A stretch of DNA of 64,000 bases, taken from Acidobacteriota bacterium (lineage in GTDB: Bacteria > Acidobacteriota > Blastocatellia > RBC074). Position 1 is the first letter of the stretch. Every line of letters begins with the position of its first letter. Below the pieces are notes generated by a model. The model was not told the DNA's origin, made no database searches, and saw only the letters and a program-made list of their open reading frames with translations. The stretch spans positions 52,528-116,527 of the forward strand of contig JACPYM010000059.1 in the NCBI GenBank assembly GCA_016196035.1, written 5' to 3'. Made by a program: the position numbers and the translations under genes. This document shows, piece by piece, positions 47,916 to 57,893 of this stretch.

Positions 47916-48836
47916 ATGAGTATTCACGTAAACCATCTGACCCGCCGGTTTGGCGAACACGTTGCCGTCAACGATGTCTCGTTTGAGATCAAACCGGGCG
48001 AAACCTTTGCGCTGCTCGGGCCGAATGGCAGCGGCAAAACCACCACGTTGAAATGCATCGTGGGCTTGCTCGAACCGACGGCGGGACAAATCCAGATCAA
48101 CCAACTCGATGTTTGGAAAGACCCGCATCAGGCGCGGCGGTTATTCAGTTACTTGCCGCAGCGCGTCGCGTTCCCCGACGGCTTGACGGCGCGCGAAGTG
48201 CTGCAATTTTATGCTGATCTGCGCCAGCTCGCGCCGCAACGCGTAGACACAATCCTCAGCGGCGAACGCTTCCACTTCAACGGCTTCACCGACAAACCGG
48301 TCGGCAAGTTTTCGGGCGGCATGGTGCAACGCCTGGGCCTCGCCGTCGCCTGCCTGCCCGATGCGCCCGTGCTGTTGCTGGATGAGCCGACGGTGAGTCT
48401 TGATCCCGAAGGCGCGCTACGCTTCCGCGCCTTTCTGCAAGCGCTCAAAGCAGAAGGCAAGACGATTGTGTTCACTTCGCACGTGCTGGCCGATGTCGAA
48501 CAACTGGCCGACCGCGTGGCGATTCTGGTGGGCGGCAAACTGGTCGCCATCGAATCCATCACCGCTTTGCGCGAAGGGCTGATGCGCAGCAGCCGCATGC
48601 GCGTCGTCTTGCGCGCGCCGCAGCCATCCTTGCAAACGGCCGCGCTGACGGCAGGCGCGAGCGAAGTTTTGGTTGAAGGCGAATCCTTGCTGATTGTTTC
48701 GCGCCCGGAAGACCGGTTGGAGATTTTGCGGGCGCTCGAAAACAACGGCGGGCACGTCGAGCGCTTTGCCACTGAAGAGCTTTCGCTGGAAGACATCTAT
48801 CTGCGCTACATCGAGGAATCAGCAACACACGTGTGA
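47916..48836 (+). CDS. nosF: ABC transporter ATP-binding protein NosF
   Basis: Walker A 'GPNGSGKTT', signature 'FSGGMVQRLGLA', Walker B 'LLLDEPT'. Confidence 0.85.
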   Translation: MSIHVNHLTRRFGEHVAVNDVSFEIKPGETFALLGPNGSGKTTTLKCIVGLLEPTAGQIQINQLDVWKDPHQARRLFSYLPQRVAFPDGLTAREVLQFYADLRQLAPQRVDTILSGERFHFNGFTDKPVGKFSGGMVQRLGLAVACLPDAPVLLLDEPTVSLDPEGALRFRAFLQALKAEGKTIVFTSHVLADVEQLADRVAILVGGKLVAIESITALREGLMRSSRMRVVLRAPQPSLQTAALTAGASEVLVEGESLLIVSRPEDRLEILRALENNGGHVERFATEELSLEDIYLRYIEESATHV

Positions 48837-48839
48837 ATT

Positions 48840-49298
48840 ATGCCGAGACCGTTTGAGAGAAAACACTGCGTCATTCTTTTTGCCGCAGCCCTCTGGCTGC
48901 TCGCGGCTTGCCAAAGCCACAAACTGGAACCCGCCGCCCTGTCGCCTGAAGATATGTGCACCGATTGCAAGATGGCGATTTCAGAAAAGCAATTCGCCGC
49001 GCAATACCTGACCAAAGATGGCGAGGCCGTTAAATTCGATGACCTCGGCTGTCTGGCGCGTTATCTGAAAAGTCACCCGCAACAACGCGCCGAAAGCGCG
49101 GCCTTTTTCGTGATGGATTACGAAACGAAACAATGGCTCAACGCCGAGTCCGCGTTTTACGTCAACTCCGATAAATTCCAAACGCCAATGCGTGGCGGCT
49201 TTGCGGCCTTCAGTACACGTCAACGCGCCGAGGCCGCTGCTGCTGCCAAACAAGGCCGCTTGTTCACTTGGCAGGCAGTGCTGACCAACGCCAAATAG
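48840..49298 (+). CDS. nosL: Copper chaperone lipoprotein NosL
   Basis: Lipobox 'LLAAC', 'CTDCKMAIS' Cu-binding region, ~150 aa, follows nosF with 3-bp gap. Confidence 0.8.
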   Translation: MPRPFERKHCVILFAAALWLLAACQSHKLEPAALSPEDMCTDCKMAISEKQFAAQYLTKDGEAVKFDDLGCLARYLKSHPQQRAESAAFFVMDYETKQWLNAESAFYVNSDKFQTPMRGGFAAFSTRQRAEAAAAAKQGRLFTWQAVLTNAK

Positions 49299-49470
49299 TC
49301 TCTAGGGTTGCGCAAAATGGCCGCGCGAAAATCCTGGCCGGAATGACATCTGAAATCCCGCAACTTCCCGTAGTTAAAAGCGAGCTAGGCAGTTGTCTCT
49401 AGTCGCGCCGGTGGCGGCGGTCGGAATCGCGGCAGAAAAAAATAGTTAAATTGAGTGGGGAGAAGGATTT

Positions 49471-50271
49471 GTGATGACGCAAATGGAGGCAAAAGAATTA
49501 GTCCCTTTGCACGCGCTCGGCGCGCTCGATGCCGTCACGGCGGGCGAAGTGGAACGCTATCTGCGCCAAGCCTCGCTGGAAGAGCAGCGCGAGGCGGCGG
49601 AGTTTCGCGAAGTAGCCGCGCTCTTGCCCTTCGCTTTGCTGTCGCCCGCCGTGCGGCCCGCCTTAAAAGGCCAATTGCTCGGACGAATTAATGAGGGAAT
49701 GCTGGCGTCGAGCCGTCCCGCAACAGTCACAGGCGGCCAGGTCTTGGAATTCAAGCTGCGCGCGCGCGCTGAACGCTCCTGGTCGCAAAATTTTTCGCAG
49801 TGGCTGGCAGTCGCGGCTTCATTGATATTGGCGGCAGCGAGCGCGCTGTTTTTTTGGCAGAACCGCCAGCTCAAGAACGAACGCGCTCAGCTTGCGCAGC
49901 GCTTGCAGAGCGCGCAACAGACCATCGAACAGATGCAAGCGCCCACCACGCGCGTCCTCGCGTTAAAAGGCCAGGAAGCACCCCAGGCCAGCGCCAAAGT
50001 GTTTTGGGATACGACACGCCACGAATGGGTGATGCAGGTATTCAATCTGCCCGACGCGCCGCTGGCCATGGACTATCAGCTTTGGTACGTGACCAAAGAC
50101 GCCAAACTGAGCGCCGCCGTCTTTCGCCCCGATACGCAAGGGCGGGCCGAATTGCGCTTGTCGTTGCCGGGCGGCGTCGCCGAGAAACTGGCGGCGACGG
50201 CTGTGACGCTTGAACCGCGCGGCGGCTCGCCGCAACCGACCGGCAAATTCTATTTGCTGGCCCAGATTTAA
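49471..50271 (+). CDS. Anti-sigma factor (RskA-like), single TM, no adjacent sigma gene
   Basis: N-terminal 'ELVPLHALGALD..EVERYL' anti-sigma motif, central TM helix, C-terminal RskA-like periplasmic domain. Confidence 0.55.
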   Translation: MMTQMEAKELVPLHALGALDAVTAGEVERYLRQASLEEQREAAEFREVAALLPFALLSPAVRPALKGQLLGRINEGMLASSRPATVTGGQVLEFKLRARAERSWSQNFSQWLAVAASLILAAASALFFWQNRQLKNERAQLAQRLQSAQQTIEQMQAPTTRVLALKGQEAPQASAKVFWDTTRHEWVMQVFNLPDAPLAMDYQLWYVTKDAKLSAAVFRPDTQGRAELRLSLPGGVAEKLAATAVTLEPRGGSPQPTGKFYLLAQI

Positions 50272-50305
50272 GCTGGCTATGCACGCGGAGAAGCGTGCGT
50301 AGCCA
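50272..50305. terminator. Bidirectional terminator-like hairpin between convergent genes
   Basis: ctggctatgcacgc ggagaa gcgtgcgtagccag near-perfect 14-bp stem; arms resemble family A core. Confidence 0.55.
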
Positions 50306-51008
50306 GGAAATCCCGCAAGCGGTCAGGATGGTTGGTGACGATGCCGTCTACGTTGCGGTTTACCATCCGCGCAAACTGCCGTTCGCGATCCGCTGTCCAA
50401 ACGTAGAGCCGCTTGCCGCTGGCTTTGACGCGCCGCGCCAGATAGCCATAACAAAGCTCAACCTGCATACACAGCACCTGATAGTTGAGCGTGCGCAAGG
50501 CCAGCCAGGGAAACGCCTCACGATAGCGCGCCAGCGGGTTCAGGCTTTCGCTGCCCAGAATCACACCCAGTTCGACATCGCGCACCTCGTTGCCCAACTG
50601 CCGCATCAATTCGAGGTCGAATGAAGCCAGCAGCATTTCACCCTGGCAATGTCGCGCCCGAATCGTTTGCAACGTGGGCACAGCGGCGCGCGGGTCTTTG
50701 ATTTCCAGATAGAGCCGCAGCTTGCCGCTAGTCAGGTCGAGCACTTCATCCAGCGTCGGCACGCGTTCGCCCTGGCCGGCATCGGCGCGTTTGATTTCGG
50801 CCAGCGTCAATCTGTCTACGCGGCCTTTGAAGTTGGTGGTGTGGTCGAGCGTCTCGTCGTGAATGACGACGACCTGACCGTCGCGCGTCGTGTGCAGATC
50901 GAGTTCGATCATCTGCGCGCCCTGTTCGATGGCAAGTTGAAAAGCGCGCAGCGTGTTTTCGGGTGCGTAAGCGGAGGCGCCGCGATGGGCGATGATGAGT
51001 GGCGGCAT
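50277..51008 (-). CDS. ugpQ: Glycerophosphodiester phosphodiesterase
   Basis: 'IIAHRGASAYAPENTLRAF ... ELDLHTTRDGQVVVIHDETL' GDPD motifs. Confidence 0.85.
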   Translation of the reverse strand: MPPLIIAHRGASAYAPENTLRAFQLAIEQGAQMIELDLHTTRDGQVVVIHDETLDHTTNFKGRVDRLTLAEIKRADAGQGERVPTLDEVLDLTSGKLRLYLEIKDPRAAVPTLQTIRARHCQGEMLLASFDLELMRQLGNEVRDVELGVILGSESLNPLARYREAFPWLALRTLNYQVLCMQVELCYGYLARRVKASGKRLYVWTADRERQFARMVNRNVDGIVTNHPDRLRDFLATHASPRA

Positions 51009-51019
51009 GAGAAGTTGCT

Positions 51020-51376
51020 TTAGGCGAAGTCGCGCGGTTCGGTAATGAGTTTGAGGCCGTCGAAAATTTGACGGATGCGTTTGGATGACAGGGTGCCGAT
51101 GTATTCATCTAAGCGTGTTTTGTCTATGGTGAATAGCTGCGAAACAACGATGACACTTTGCTTGACTAGACCAGCCTCACCTTTCCCCAGCAATACGTTG
51201 CCTGTTGCCCCTGCACGTTTGAGATTGGAAGTGAGCGCACAAATCACGACAGTGTTAATTTGACTGTGGTTTATCGCGTTGTTCTGAATGATGACAAACG
51301 GACGCCTATAGCCAGGAGCGGAGCCAAGCGGGGTGCCGAGATCAAGCCAATAAACATCGCCTTGGTTGATTACCAT
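51020..51376 (-). CDS. MazF/PemK-family toxin
   Basis: 118 aa, 'GDVYWLDLGTPLGSAPGYRRPFVIIQNN' PemK-like; overlaps upstream antitoxin ORF. Confidence 0.7.
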   Translation of the reverse strand: MVINQGDVYWLDLGTPLGSAPGYRRPFVIIQNNAINHSQINTVVICALTSNLKRAGATGNVLLGKGEAGLVKQSVIVVSQLFTIDKTRLDEYIGTLSSKRIRQIFDGLKLITEPRDFA

Positions 51377-51624
51377 TCATCCTCCTTCTCCAACACCTCG
51401 CGGTAGAATGGCAGCATACGCCTTAACAGCTCACGCTCCTCTTCATCCGGCCCATCCTTGTATGCCTGATTGACTTGCTCGACCAGCCGTTGGGTTTGGC
51501 GGCGGCGGAAAAACTCTTCCAGCGCCAGCGCCACCACATGGCTTTGCGAGACTTTCATCTCGCGGGACGCTTCCCGGGTTTGCTCCTTCAAAGCGTCATT
51601 CAACGTGATTGTATCTTCAGTCAT
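51370..51624 (-). CDS. Antitoxin partner of MazF-like toxin
   Basis: 84-aa acidic protein immediately upstream, 7-bp overlap. Confidence 0.55.
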   Translation of the reverse strand: MTEDTITLNDALKEQTREASREMKVSQSHVVALALEEFFRRRQTQRLVEQVNQAYKDGPDEEERELLRRMLPFYREVLEKEDEW

Positions 51625-51661
51625 AGCTATACCTCAGTAACTGTCGTCAGCGATAGGGGGT

Positions 51662-53848
51662 TCATTTTACCTGAAACTCCTGCGAACCAAGAATCAGCGC
51701 CGCCACACCGCCAATCAACTGCTCCGCGTTTTTGGTTGCAGTCCGTTCATCGAATTTCGCGGGCATGGCTTTCGTGCGCATGTCGCCCAGCGCGCGTTGC
51801 AAATTGGCGCGCGTCTCCGCCGAAACATCGCTGTGCACCAGCAAGGCCAGCAACTGATCTATCAATTGCGCTGGCACCTGCGACGGCTCGTTGACTGTAT
51901 TTGGTGCGACGAAGCGCGCCAACTCCACGCGCGTGCCATTGACGCGTTGTTGCATCAGCGCCAACGCGAAGTTCAGCCGTTCGAGCAACGCGGCGTTGTT
52001 CAACCAGCGGGCGGACTCTTCGGAATAGCCGGTCGGCGGGACGCATTGATAGAGGGGTTCGCCCATGCGATTGACCCATTGAATGAGCGCGAAGCCTTCG
52101 CTGGCCGCGCCCGTCGCACGCAACATCGAAGCCGTCAGCTCCAGCGGCGATTTGATTTTGCTGCGATAGTTTTTCGGCGCGTAAAACTCCGGCGAAGTCA
52201 GAATCGCCCGTACCACGGCGCGGATGTCGCCGTCGGTTTTGGTGAAGACGGCGGCGATCTGATCAACCAACGCGGCGGGCGGTTCATCAGCGACGAAACG
52301 CTGGCAGAGTTTGCGCGCGATGAATTTCGCGGTCGCCGGATGATGCGCCAGCAGATCAATCACGCGCAGGCCGTCTTCAATACCGCCGCCAGGCGCGAGG
52401 CGCGTGCCCAGCACGATCTTTTCGCCTTTGTCATGCATGCGTGGGCGAAAGACGAAGCCGACATTGGGCGGTTGTGTAAGCGTCCAACCAGTGAAGCTGC
52501 GCGCGACGGCGATCACGTCCTGTTGCGTGTAGCCGCCATCCACGCCCAGCGTGTGCAATTCCAGCAACTCGCGCCCGTAATTTTCATTCAAGCCCGGCCG
52601 GCGCGCGGGCGGCGGCGGCGTGGTGTCGCCTTCTTTGCGCGCCAACGGTGGTTGTGGTGGCAGTGGTGGTTCGACCTGGCTTTGGAAGTTGTCGAGGTAA
52701 TAAAGCATCGCCGGGCTTTGCGCCGTCGCGGTCAGCAATTCTTTGAATTTGCCTAGCGCGTGCGGACGCAGCACATCGCGTTCGTAGGGCGTGAGCATCC
52801 ACCGCACATTGTCTTTGCCCGCAAAGACGTTGAAGTGATTGAACCAGAAATCAACCATCACCTCTTGCAACTGGCGTTCGCTGAAGACGGCGCGCAGCAG
52901 CTTGGCCTGTTGCAATTCGATGACGGCCTGTTGCGGATTGCGCTGTGGCGGCGTGGGTGTGGGGCGCGGCGTGGGCTGAACAGGCGCGGCCATTTTCTCG
53001 CTTTCACCTTGTTTCGCCATTTCTCCCTCTTTGGCCGCAACTGGCGTTGGCGAAGGGCGCGGCGGTGGCGGCGGCATAAACGTTTGCACGATTTCCGGCC
53101 CAGCCATTTGCAACGTATTCAGTGCTTGCAGCGGGCGCGCCAACAATTCATCGCTGAGGTCTTCGGGATGCAGTTGCTGGTCGAGATATTTTTCAAGTCC
53201 CATCTGCCGCACGCGCTCGACATCGCCGGGGCGCGGGCCAAAACCGGCGCGGTTGAGCAGATGCAAAATCTTTTGCTCTTCAGTCAGTGGCGGCGCGGCG
53301 ACAGCACGGCGGCTGCGTGTCGGGTTGGGATTGGCAACCGCGGGCTGGGCAATCAGTCGTTCGCCCGCCGCCAACGCGCCGCTGGGCAGCGCTGGTTTGA
53401 TAGGCGCAATCGTTGGCCCTTGCGGCAATTGCGGCTGGGCGAGCATGCCACGCGCGCGGCTTTGTTGTTCGGGATTGAGCGCGGACAGCAACTCTTGCAG
53501 CACGGCGCGCCGCTCGCGTTCAAACTGCGCCCGCAATTCGCCTGCGCGAGGATTGCCGGGTTGCAAGCCATTCGCCTCTTGTTGCAATTGCTGGATGCGT
53601 GGGCGGTGCGCGGCGATCAATTCGCGGAGCTTGCCGGCCTGTTCCGGCGCAAGCTGCAACGTGCGGGTCAGATCTTCCACGGTGCGGGCTTCGTCATAAA
53701 GCGGCAGTCCTTGTTGGGCAGTGACCCGTTGTGAGTTGAAAGGTTGGGCAACAAACAGGGCAAATGCGAACAAGCCCAGGGAAACGAGTGTTAGGCGGAA
53801 GGTTGGATGCAGGCTCATCTCAAATCTCCTTCGAGTTAGGTAGGGCAA
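51662..53848 (-). CDS. DUF1800 family protein with long Pro/Gln-rich N-terminal extension, secreted
   Basis: C-terminal half carries DUF1800-type blocks ('YGRELLELHTLGVDGGYTQQDV'). Confidence 0.65.
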   Translation of the reverse strand: MPYLTRRRFEMSLHPTFRLTLVSLGLFAFALFVAQPFNSQRVTAQQGLPLYDEARTVEDLTRTLQLAPEQAGKLRELIAAHRPRIQQLQQEANGLQPGNPRAGELRAQFERERRAVLQELLSALNPEQQSRARGMLAQPQLPQGPTIAPIKPALPSGALAAGERLIAQPAVANPNPTRSRRAVAAPPLTEEQKILHLLNRAGFGPRPGDVERVRQMGLEKYLDQQLHPEDLSDELLARPLQALNTLQMAGPEIVQTFMPPPPPRPSPTPVAAKEGEMAKQGESEKMAAPVQPTPRPTPTPPQRNPQQAVIELQQAKLLRAVFSERQLQEVMVDFWFNHFNVFAGKDNVRWMLTPYERDVLRPHALGKFKELLTATAQSPAMLYYLDNFQSQVEPPLPPQPPLARKEGDTTPPPPARRPGLNENYGRELLELHTLGVDGGYTQQDVIAVARSFTGWTLTQPPNVGFVFRPRMHDKGEKIVLGTRLAPGGGIEDGLRVIDLLAHHPATAKFIARKLCQRFVADEPPAALVDQIAAVFTKTDGDIRAVVRAILTSPEFYAPKNYRSKIKSPLELTASMLRATGAASEGFALIQWVNRMGEPLYQCVPPTGYSEESARWLNNAALLERLNFALALMQQRVNGTRVELARFVAPNTVNEPSQVPAQLIDQLLALLVHSDVSAETRANLQRALGDMRTKAMPAKFDERTATKNAEQLIGGVAALILGSQEFQVK

Positions 53849-54076
53849 CCTGCCAAGGTTGCCCAGTCATTGCCCAGGACGTCTTTGGCCCAAGCCGGAC
53901 AACCTCGGCAGATTGTCCTACCAGTGCGGCGCGCTTGTGTCGGGGCAAAGGCGACAGGGGCGAAGCCTTTGCAGTAATACGCAAGGGCAGTCTGAAATTG
54001 GGAGCAGGCTGCATCTTAGCACTGTCAGCGCGGCGTGGTAAGCTATGCCGCGCCGTCCGGCGGCGTCACCGAAATC

Positions 54077-54808
54077 ATGTCTACCTTGCCACCTGTCCAA
54101 TCTGAAACGAGCCTTGCGCGCGAGGCCGAAGCGTTCGACAAGCTTTATGCCTTCACCACGCTTGAGCAATACACGCTCAAACAGCGCCTCATCATTCGCA
54201 CGGCGGGGCTGGCGCTTTACTGGCTGATTCGCGCCATCGGGGCGACGCTGAAATTTGAAGTGCAGGGTTGGGAGCATCACACCGAAAGCGAGCCGCTCGT
54301 GTATAGCTTCTGGCACAACCGCATCCCGATTGCGACCTATTTCTGGCGGCGGCGCGGCATTCTTGTGATGTCCTCGCAAAGCTTCGATTCCGAATACATA
54401 GCGCGATTCATTCAACGCTTTGGCTACGGCGCGGCCAAGGGCAGTTCGACGCGGGGCGCGCGAGCCGGGCTGATTCAGATGATTCGCGCGGTTAGGGCGG
54501 GGAAGAGCGCCGCCTTTACGGTGGATGGGCCGCGCGGGCCGCTTTATGAAGCCAAGCCTGGCGCCATTATGCTGGCGGCCAAAGCGGGGGCAGCAATTTT
54601 GCCGTTCTCAATCTCGCTCTCGCGTTGCTGGCGTTTGCCGAGTTGGGACGGGCTGGAAATTCCGCAGCCCTTCGCGCGTGTCGTGGTCGTATTGGGTGAA
54701 CGGATTTATGTGCCGGAAGACCAAGGCAATGACGAGCAGCAGCGGACGCGCTTGCAACGTGTGCTAGAGGATCTGCGCGCGCAGAGCGATAAGCTGGTTC
54801 GGGCCTGA
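54077..54808 (+). CDS. DUF374 / lysophospholipid acyltransferase-like protein
   Basis: 'FWHNRIP' (HxxxxD-like) acyltransferase region; family assignment from memory. Confidence 0.5.
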   Translation: MSTLPPVQSETSLAREAEAFDKLYAFTTLEQYTLKQRLIIRTAGLALYWLIRAIGATLKFEVQGWEHHTESEPLVYSFWHNRIPIATYFWRRRGILVMSSQSFDSEYIARFIQRFGYGAAKGSSTRGARAGLIQMIRAVRAGKSAAFTVDGPRGPLYEAKPGAIMLAAKAGAAILPFSISLSRCWRLPSWDGLEIPQPFARVVVVLGERIYVPEDQGNDEQQRTRLQRVLEDLRAQSDKLVRA

Positions 54809-54951
54809 AAGCTGGTTCGCCTTTTCATCAATACATTTTTCCACCTGCATCCGAAACCATTGAAAACCCTGTGTCCTGCCGCTACTCTTAGCGCCACTCT
54901 TTCGCCTTCAAGATCGAAAAACCAAATTTCAACTCGTAGGAGACACCAGCA

Positions 54952-56580
54952 ATGACGACGATGATGAATACTCCGCTGACGATGAGTGTGTTGATGGATC
55001 GCGGGCCGCTGTTCGCCGCCGACACCGAAATCGTCTCGAAGATGCGCGATGTGACGCATCGCTATACCTATGCCGACCTGGGCCGCCGCGCTAGGCAATT
55101 GGCGAATGCGCTAGCCAAACTCGGCATCAAACAGGGCGATCGCGTAGCGACGCTCGCCTGGAACAGTTACCGCCACCTGGAAATCTATTACGCCGTGCCG
55201 TGCATGGGCGCAGTGCTGCACACCCTGAACCTGCGCCTGTCGGCGGAACACCTGAGTTACATTATCAATCACGCCGAAGACAGCGTGATTTGTGTGGACG
55301 ATGAGTTGCTGCCGCTGCTCGAACGCATCGCCGATCAAATCACGGGCGTCAAGCATTTCATCGTGATGAGCAACACGGGTGCCTACACCACACAACTCGC
55401 GCCCGTGCACGATTACGAAGAACTGATTGCGGGTGAAAGCCCCGAATTCACCTGGCCCGAACTCGACGAGAACGCGCCGATGGGGCTGTGTTACACCAGC
55501 GGCACGACCGGCAATCCCAAAGGCGCGATGTATACGCATCGCTCGAATTACCTGCATACCGTCACGCAATGCATGGCCGACACCTTGGGCATCAGCAGCG
55601 CCGACACGGTCATGGCGGTTGTGCCGATGTTTCATGCCAACGCCTGGGGGCTGCCCTATTCCGGCTGTATGCTCGGTTTCAAGCAGGTCTTTCCCGGCCC
55701 GACGATGGATGGCGCGACGATCTGCCAGTTGCTGCACGACGAACAAGTCACCGTCACGGCGGGCGTGCCGACCATCTGGATGGGCGTCAAAAACGAACTG
55801 GAAGCCAATCCCGGCAAATACGATCTGTCGCATTTGCGCACGATGACTTGTGGCGGCTCGGCCCCGCCGCGCGCGTTGATTGACTGGTTTGAAACGCAAC
55901 TCGGCATCACCTTCCTGCAAGCCTGGGGTATGACCGAGACCAGCCCGGTTGGCACCGTCGCCCGCATCAAACCGAAGATGAAAAACTGGCCGCGCGAACG
56001 CATTCTAGATGTCAAACAGCGTTGCGGCGTCATTGCGCCCGGCCTGCAAGCCCGCGTCGTCAGCCCGGATGGCAACGAAGTCGCCCACGATGGCGTCGCG
56101 ATGGGCAGTCTGTTGGTGCGCGGCCCCTGGATCGTTAGCCAGTATTACAAAGCCGACGCGCCGGAACGCTTCCCCGATGGCTGGTTCGACACCGGCGACA
56201 TCGCCACGATTGACGAAGAGGGCTACATCGCCATCGCCGACCGCGCCAAAGACGTCATCAAGAGCGGCGGCGAATGGATTTCGTCGGTGGATTTAGAGAA
56301 CGCCATCATGGCCATCCCCGGCGTCGCCGAAGCCGCCGTCATTGGCGTCAATCATCCCCGCTGGCAGGAACGCCCGCTGGCCTGCGTCGTGCTCAAAGCG
56401 GGCGCGGAACTCACCAAAGAACAGATCAACGAACATCTGGTGACGAAAGGCGGCATCGCCAAATGGTGGTTGCCGGATGAGGTGCTGTTTGTGGAGGCGA
56501 TCCCCAAAACCAGCGTCGGCAAGTTCGACAAGAAGGTGTTGCGCGTGCAGCTTGAGCATTACGAACTGCCCAACGCCTGA
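54952..56580 (+). CDS. Long-chain fatty-acid-CoA ligase (AMP-dependent synthetase)
   Basis: AMP-binding motif '[18 protein letters not shown]', 'TGD' and C-terminal 'GKFDKK'. Confidence 0.85.
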   Translation: MTTMMNTPLTMSVLMDRGPLFAADTEIVSKMRDVTHRYTYADLGRRARQLANALAKLGIKQGDRVATLAWNSYRHLEIYYAVPCMGAVLHTLNLRLSAEHLSYIINHAEDSVICVDDELLPLLERIADQITGVKHFIVMSNTGAYTTQLAPVHDYEELIAGESPEFTWPELDENAPMGLCYTSGTTGNPKGAMYTHRSNYLHTVTQCMADTLGISSADTVMAVVPMFHANAWGLPYSGCMLGFKQVFPGPTMDGATICQLLHDEQVTVTAGVPTIWMGVKNELEANPGKYDLSHLRTMTCGGSAPPRALIDWFETQLGITFLQAWGMTETSPVGTVARIKPKMKNWPRERILDVKQRCGVIAPGLQARVVSPDGNEVAHDGVAMGSLLVRGPWIVSQYYKADAPERFPDGWFDTGDIATIDEEGYIAIADRAKDVIKSGGEWISSVDLENAIMAIPGVAEAAVIGVNHPRWQERPLACVVLKAGAELTKEQINEHLVTKGGIAKWWLPDEVLFVEAIPKTSVGKFDKKVLRVQLEHYELPNA

Positions 56581-56722
56581 TTTGACTGTACAGCAGGCTG
56601 CCAGCCTGTTGCCGACATGGCGTAGGGCGAGGTCAACTCGATTCTGACACTGGCTCAGCCGCAGCAGGCTGGCAGCCTGCTGTGCAGCGCTGGCGCTTCA
56701 AACTTCACGACGCAAGACCAAA

Positions 56723-57502
56723 ATGCTAAAGGTGCTAGACATGTCAGCCACTACCCTAGACGAAGTCATTGCCCAACTCACGGCCATCCTTGACCATGCG
56801 CGCCAAGCGCAAAGCCGTCTCGGTTATTTTGCCGCGTTGTATTTACTGGTCACACTCAATGTGAAAGCGGGGATTCAGGCAGGGCGGTTTGAAGATGGCG
56901 TGCGGATGGAGCAGTTCGTGGTCACCTTCGCCAATCGTTATCTCGCGGCACTGGAGGCGTATCAACAACAGCAACCATGCTCAGAATGCTGGCGGGTAGC
57001 GTTTGCGCAAGCGACGGCGTGGCGGCCTTTGATCTTGCAGCATCTGTTGCTGGGGATGAACGCGCACATCAATTACGATTTGGGGATTGCGGCGGCGACG
57101 GTGGCGCCCGGCGCGAAGTTGGTGACGTTAGAACACGATTTCAACGAGATCAACAAAATCCTGGCGGGGCTGGTCAAGCACGTGCAAACCGAAATCGGCG
57201 CGCTCTCGCCCTGGCTGTGGTTGCTCGACAAAGTCAGCGGGCGGGCCGATGAGGTGCTCATCAATTTCAGCATGCAACGCGCCCGCGACGCGGCTTGGAA
57301 ACAGGCGCAACGGCTGGCGCCTTTGCCGCAGGCGGAATGGGCGGCGGAACTCCAGCGATTGGATCGCACCGTGACGGCGCTGGGCCGCCTGATTCGGCAT
57401 CCGGGCTGGGTGATGAGTTTGCGCTTGCTGGTCATTCGCTTGCGGGAGAGCAGCGATGTCGGTAAGGTGATTGAGGCGCTGCGCCGTGCCCCTAGCGTCT
57501 GA
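56723..57502 (+). CDS. Hypothetical protein, DUF5995-like ('GMNAHINYDL' motif)
   Basis: Motif recalled from memory only. Confidence 0.4.
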   Translation: MLKVLDMSATTLDEVIAQLTAILDHARQAQSRLGYFAALYLLVTLNVKAGIQAGRFEDGVRMEQFVVTFANRYLAALEAYQQQQPCSECWRVAFAQATAWRPLILQHLLLGMNAHINYDLGIAAATVAPGAKLVTLEHDFNEINKILAGLVKHVQTEIGALSPWLWLLDKVSGRADEVLINFSMQRARDAAWKQAQRLAPLPQAEWAAELQRLDRTVTALGRLIRHPGWVMSLRLLVIRLRESSDVGKVIEALRRAPSV

Positions 57503-57555
57503 GCCTTTGGGCGAGCGCTGCTGGTAGATCAAATTTGTTTGGAGAGTTAAGCGGA

Positions 57556-57888
57556 ATGCAGTTATCCGATACGCGCGATTTTTATGTCATCCCCAACGAA
57601 GATGGGAAGGGCGCAGGCTTATTTGCCACCCACGCCTTTGCCGCAGGCGAGGATTTATACCGGATGGATTATTGGTCGGAAGTCGTGATGCCGATGCACG
57701 CGACCAACCATTCGTGCGCGCCGAATGCGGCCTTTGACAATGGCGGAATGCTGGTGGCGTTGCGCGACATCGGGGCGGATCGAGAGATTACCTATGATTA
57801 CCGGCGGACGCCGACGCCCGCTTCGCCGTGGAATTTTGCATGCCTGTGCCAGTCGGCGGATTGCGTCGGCTGGTTACGTTCGGGTTGA
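57556..57888 (+). CDS. Bacterial SET-domain protein (putative lysine methyltransferase)
   Basis: 'NHSCAPN' SET motif and C-terminal 'CLCQSADC' post-SET Cys cluster. Confidence 0.7.
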   Translation: MQLSDTRDFYVIPNEDGKGAGLFATHAFAAGEDLYRMDYWSEVVMPMHATNHSCAPNAAFDNGGMLVALRDIGADREITYDYRRTPTPASPWNFACLCQSADCVGWLRSG

Positions 57889-57893
57889 TGCCT

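Noticed and set aside
51797-53734. Two plus-strand ORFs (319 and 324 aa)
   Set aside because: Antisense to the DUF1800 gene.
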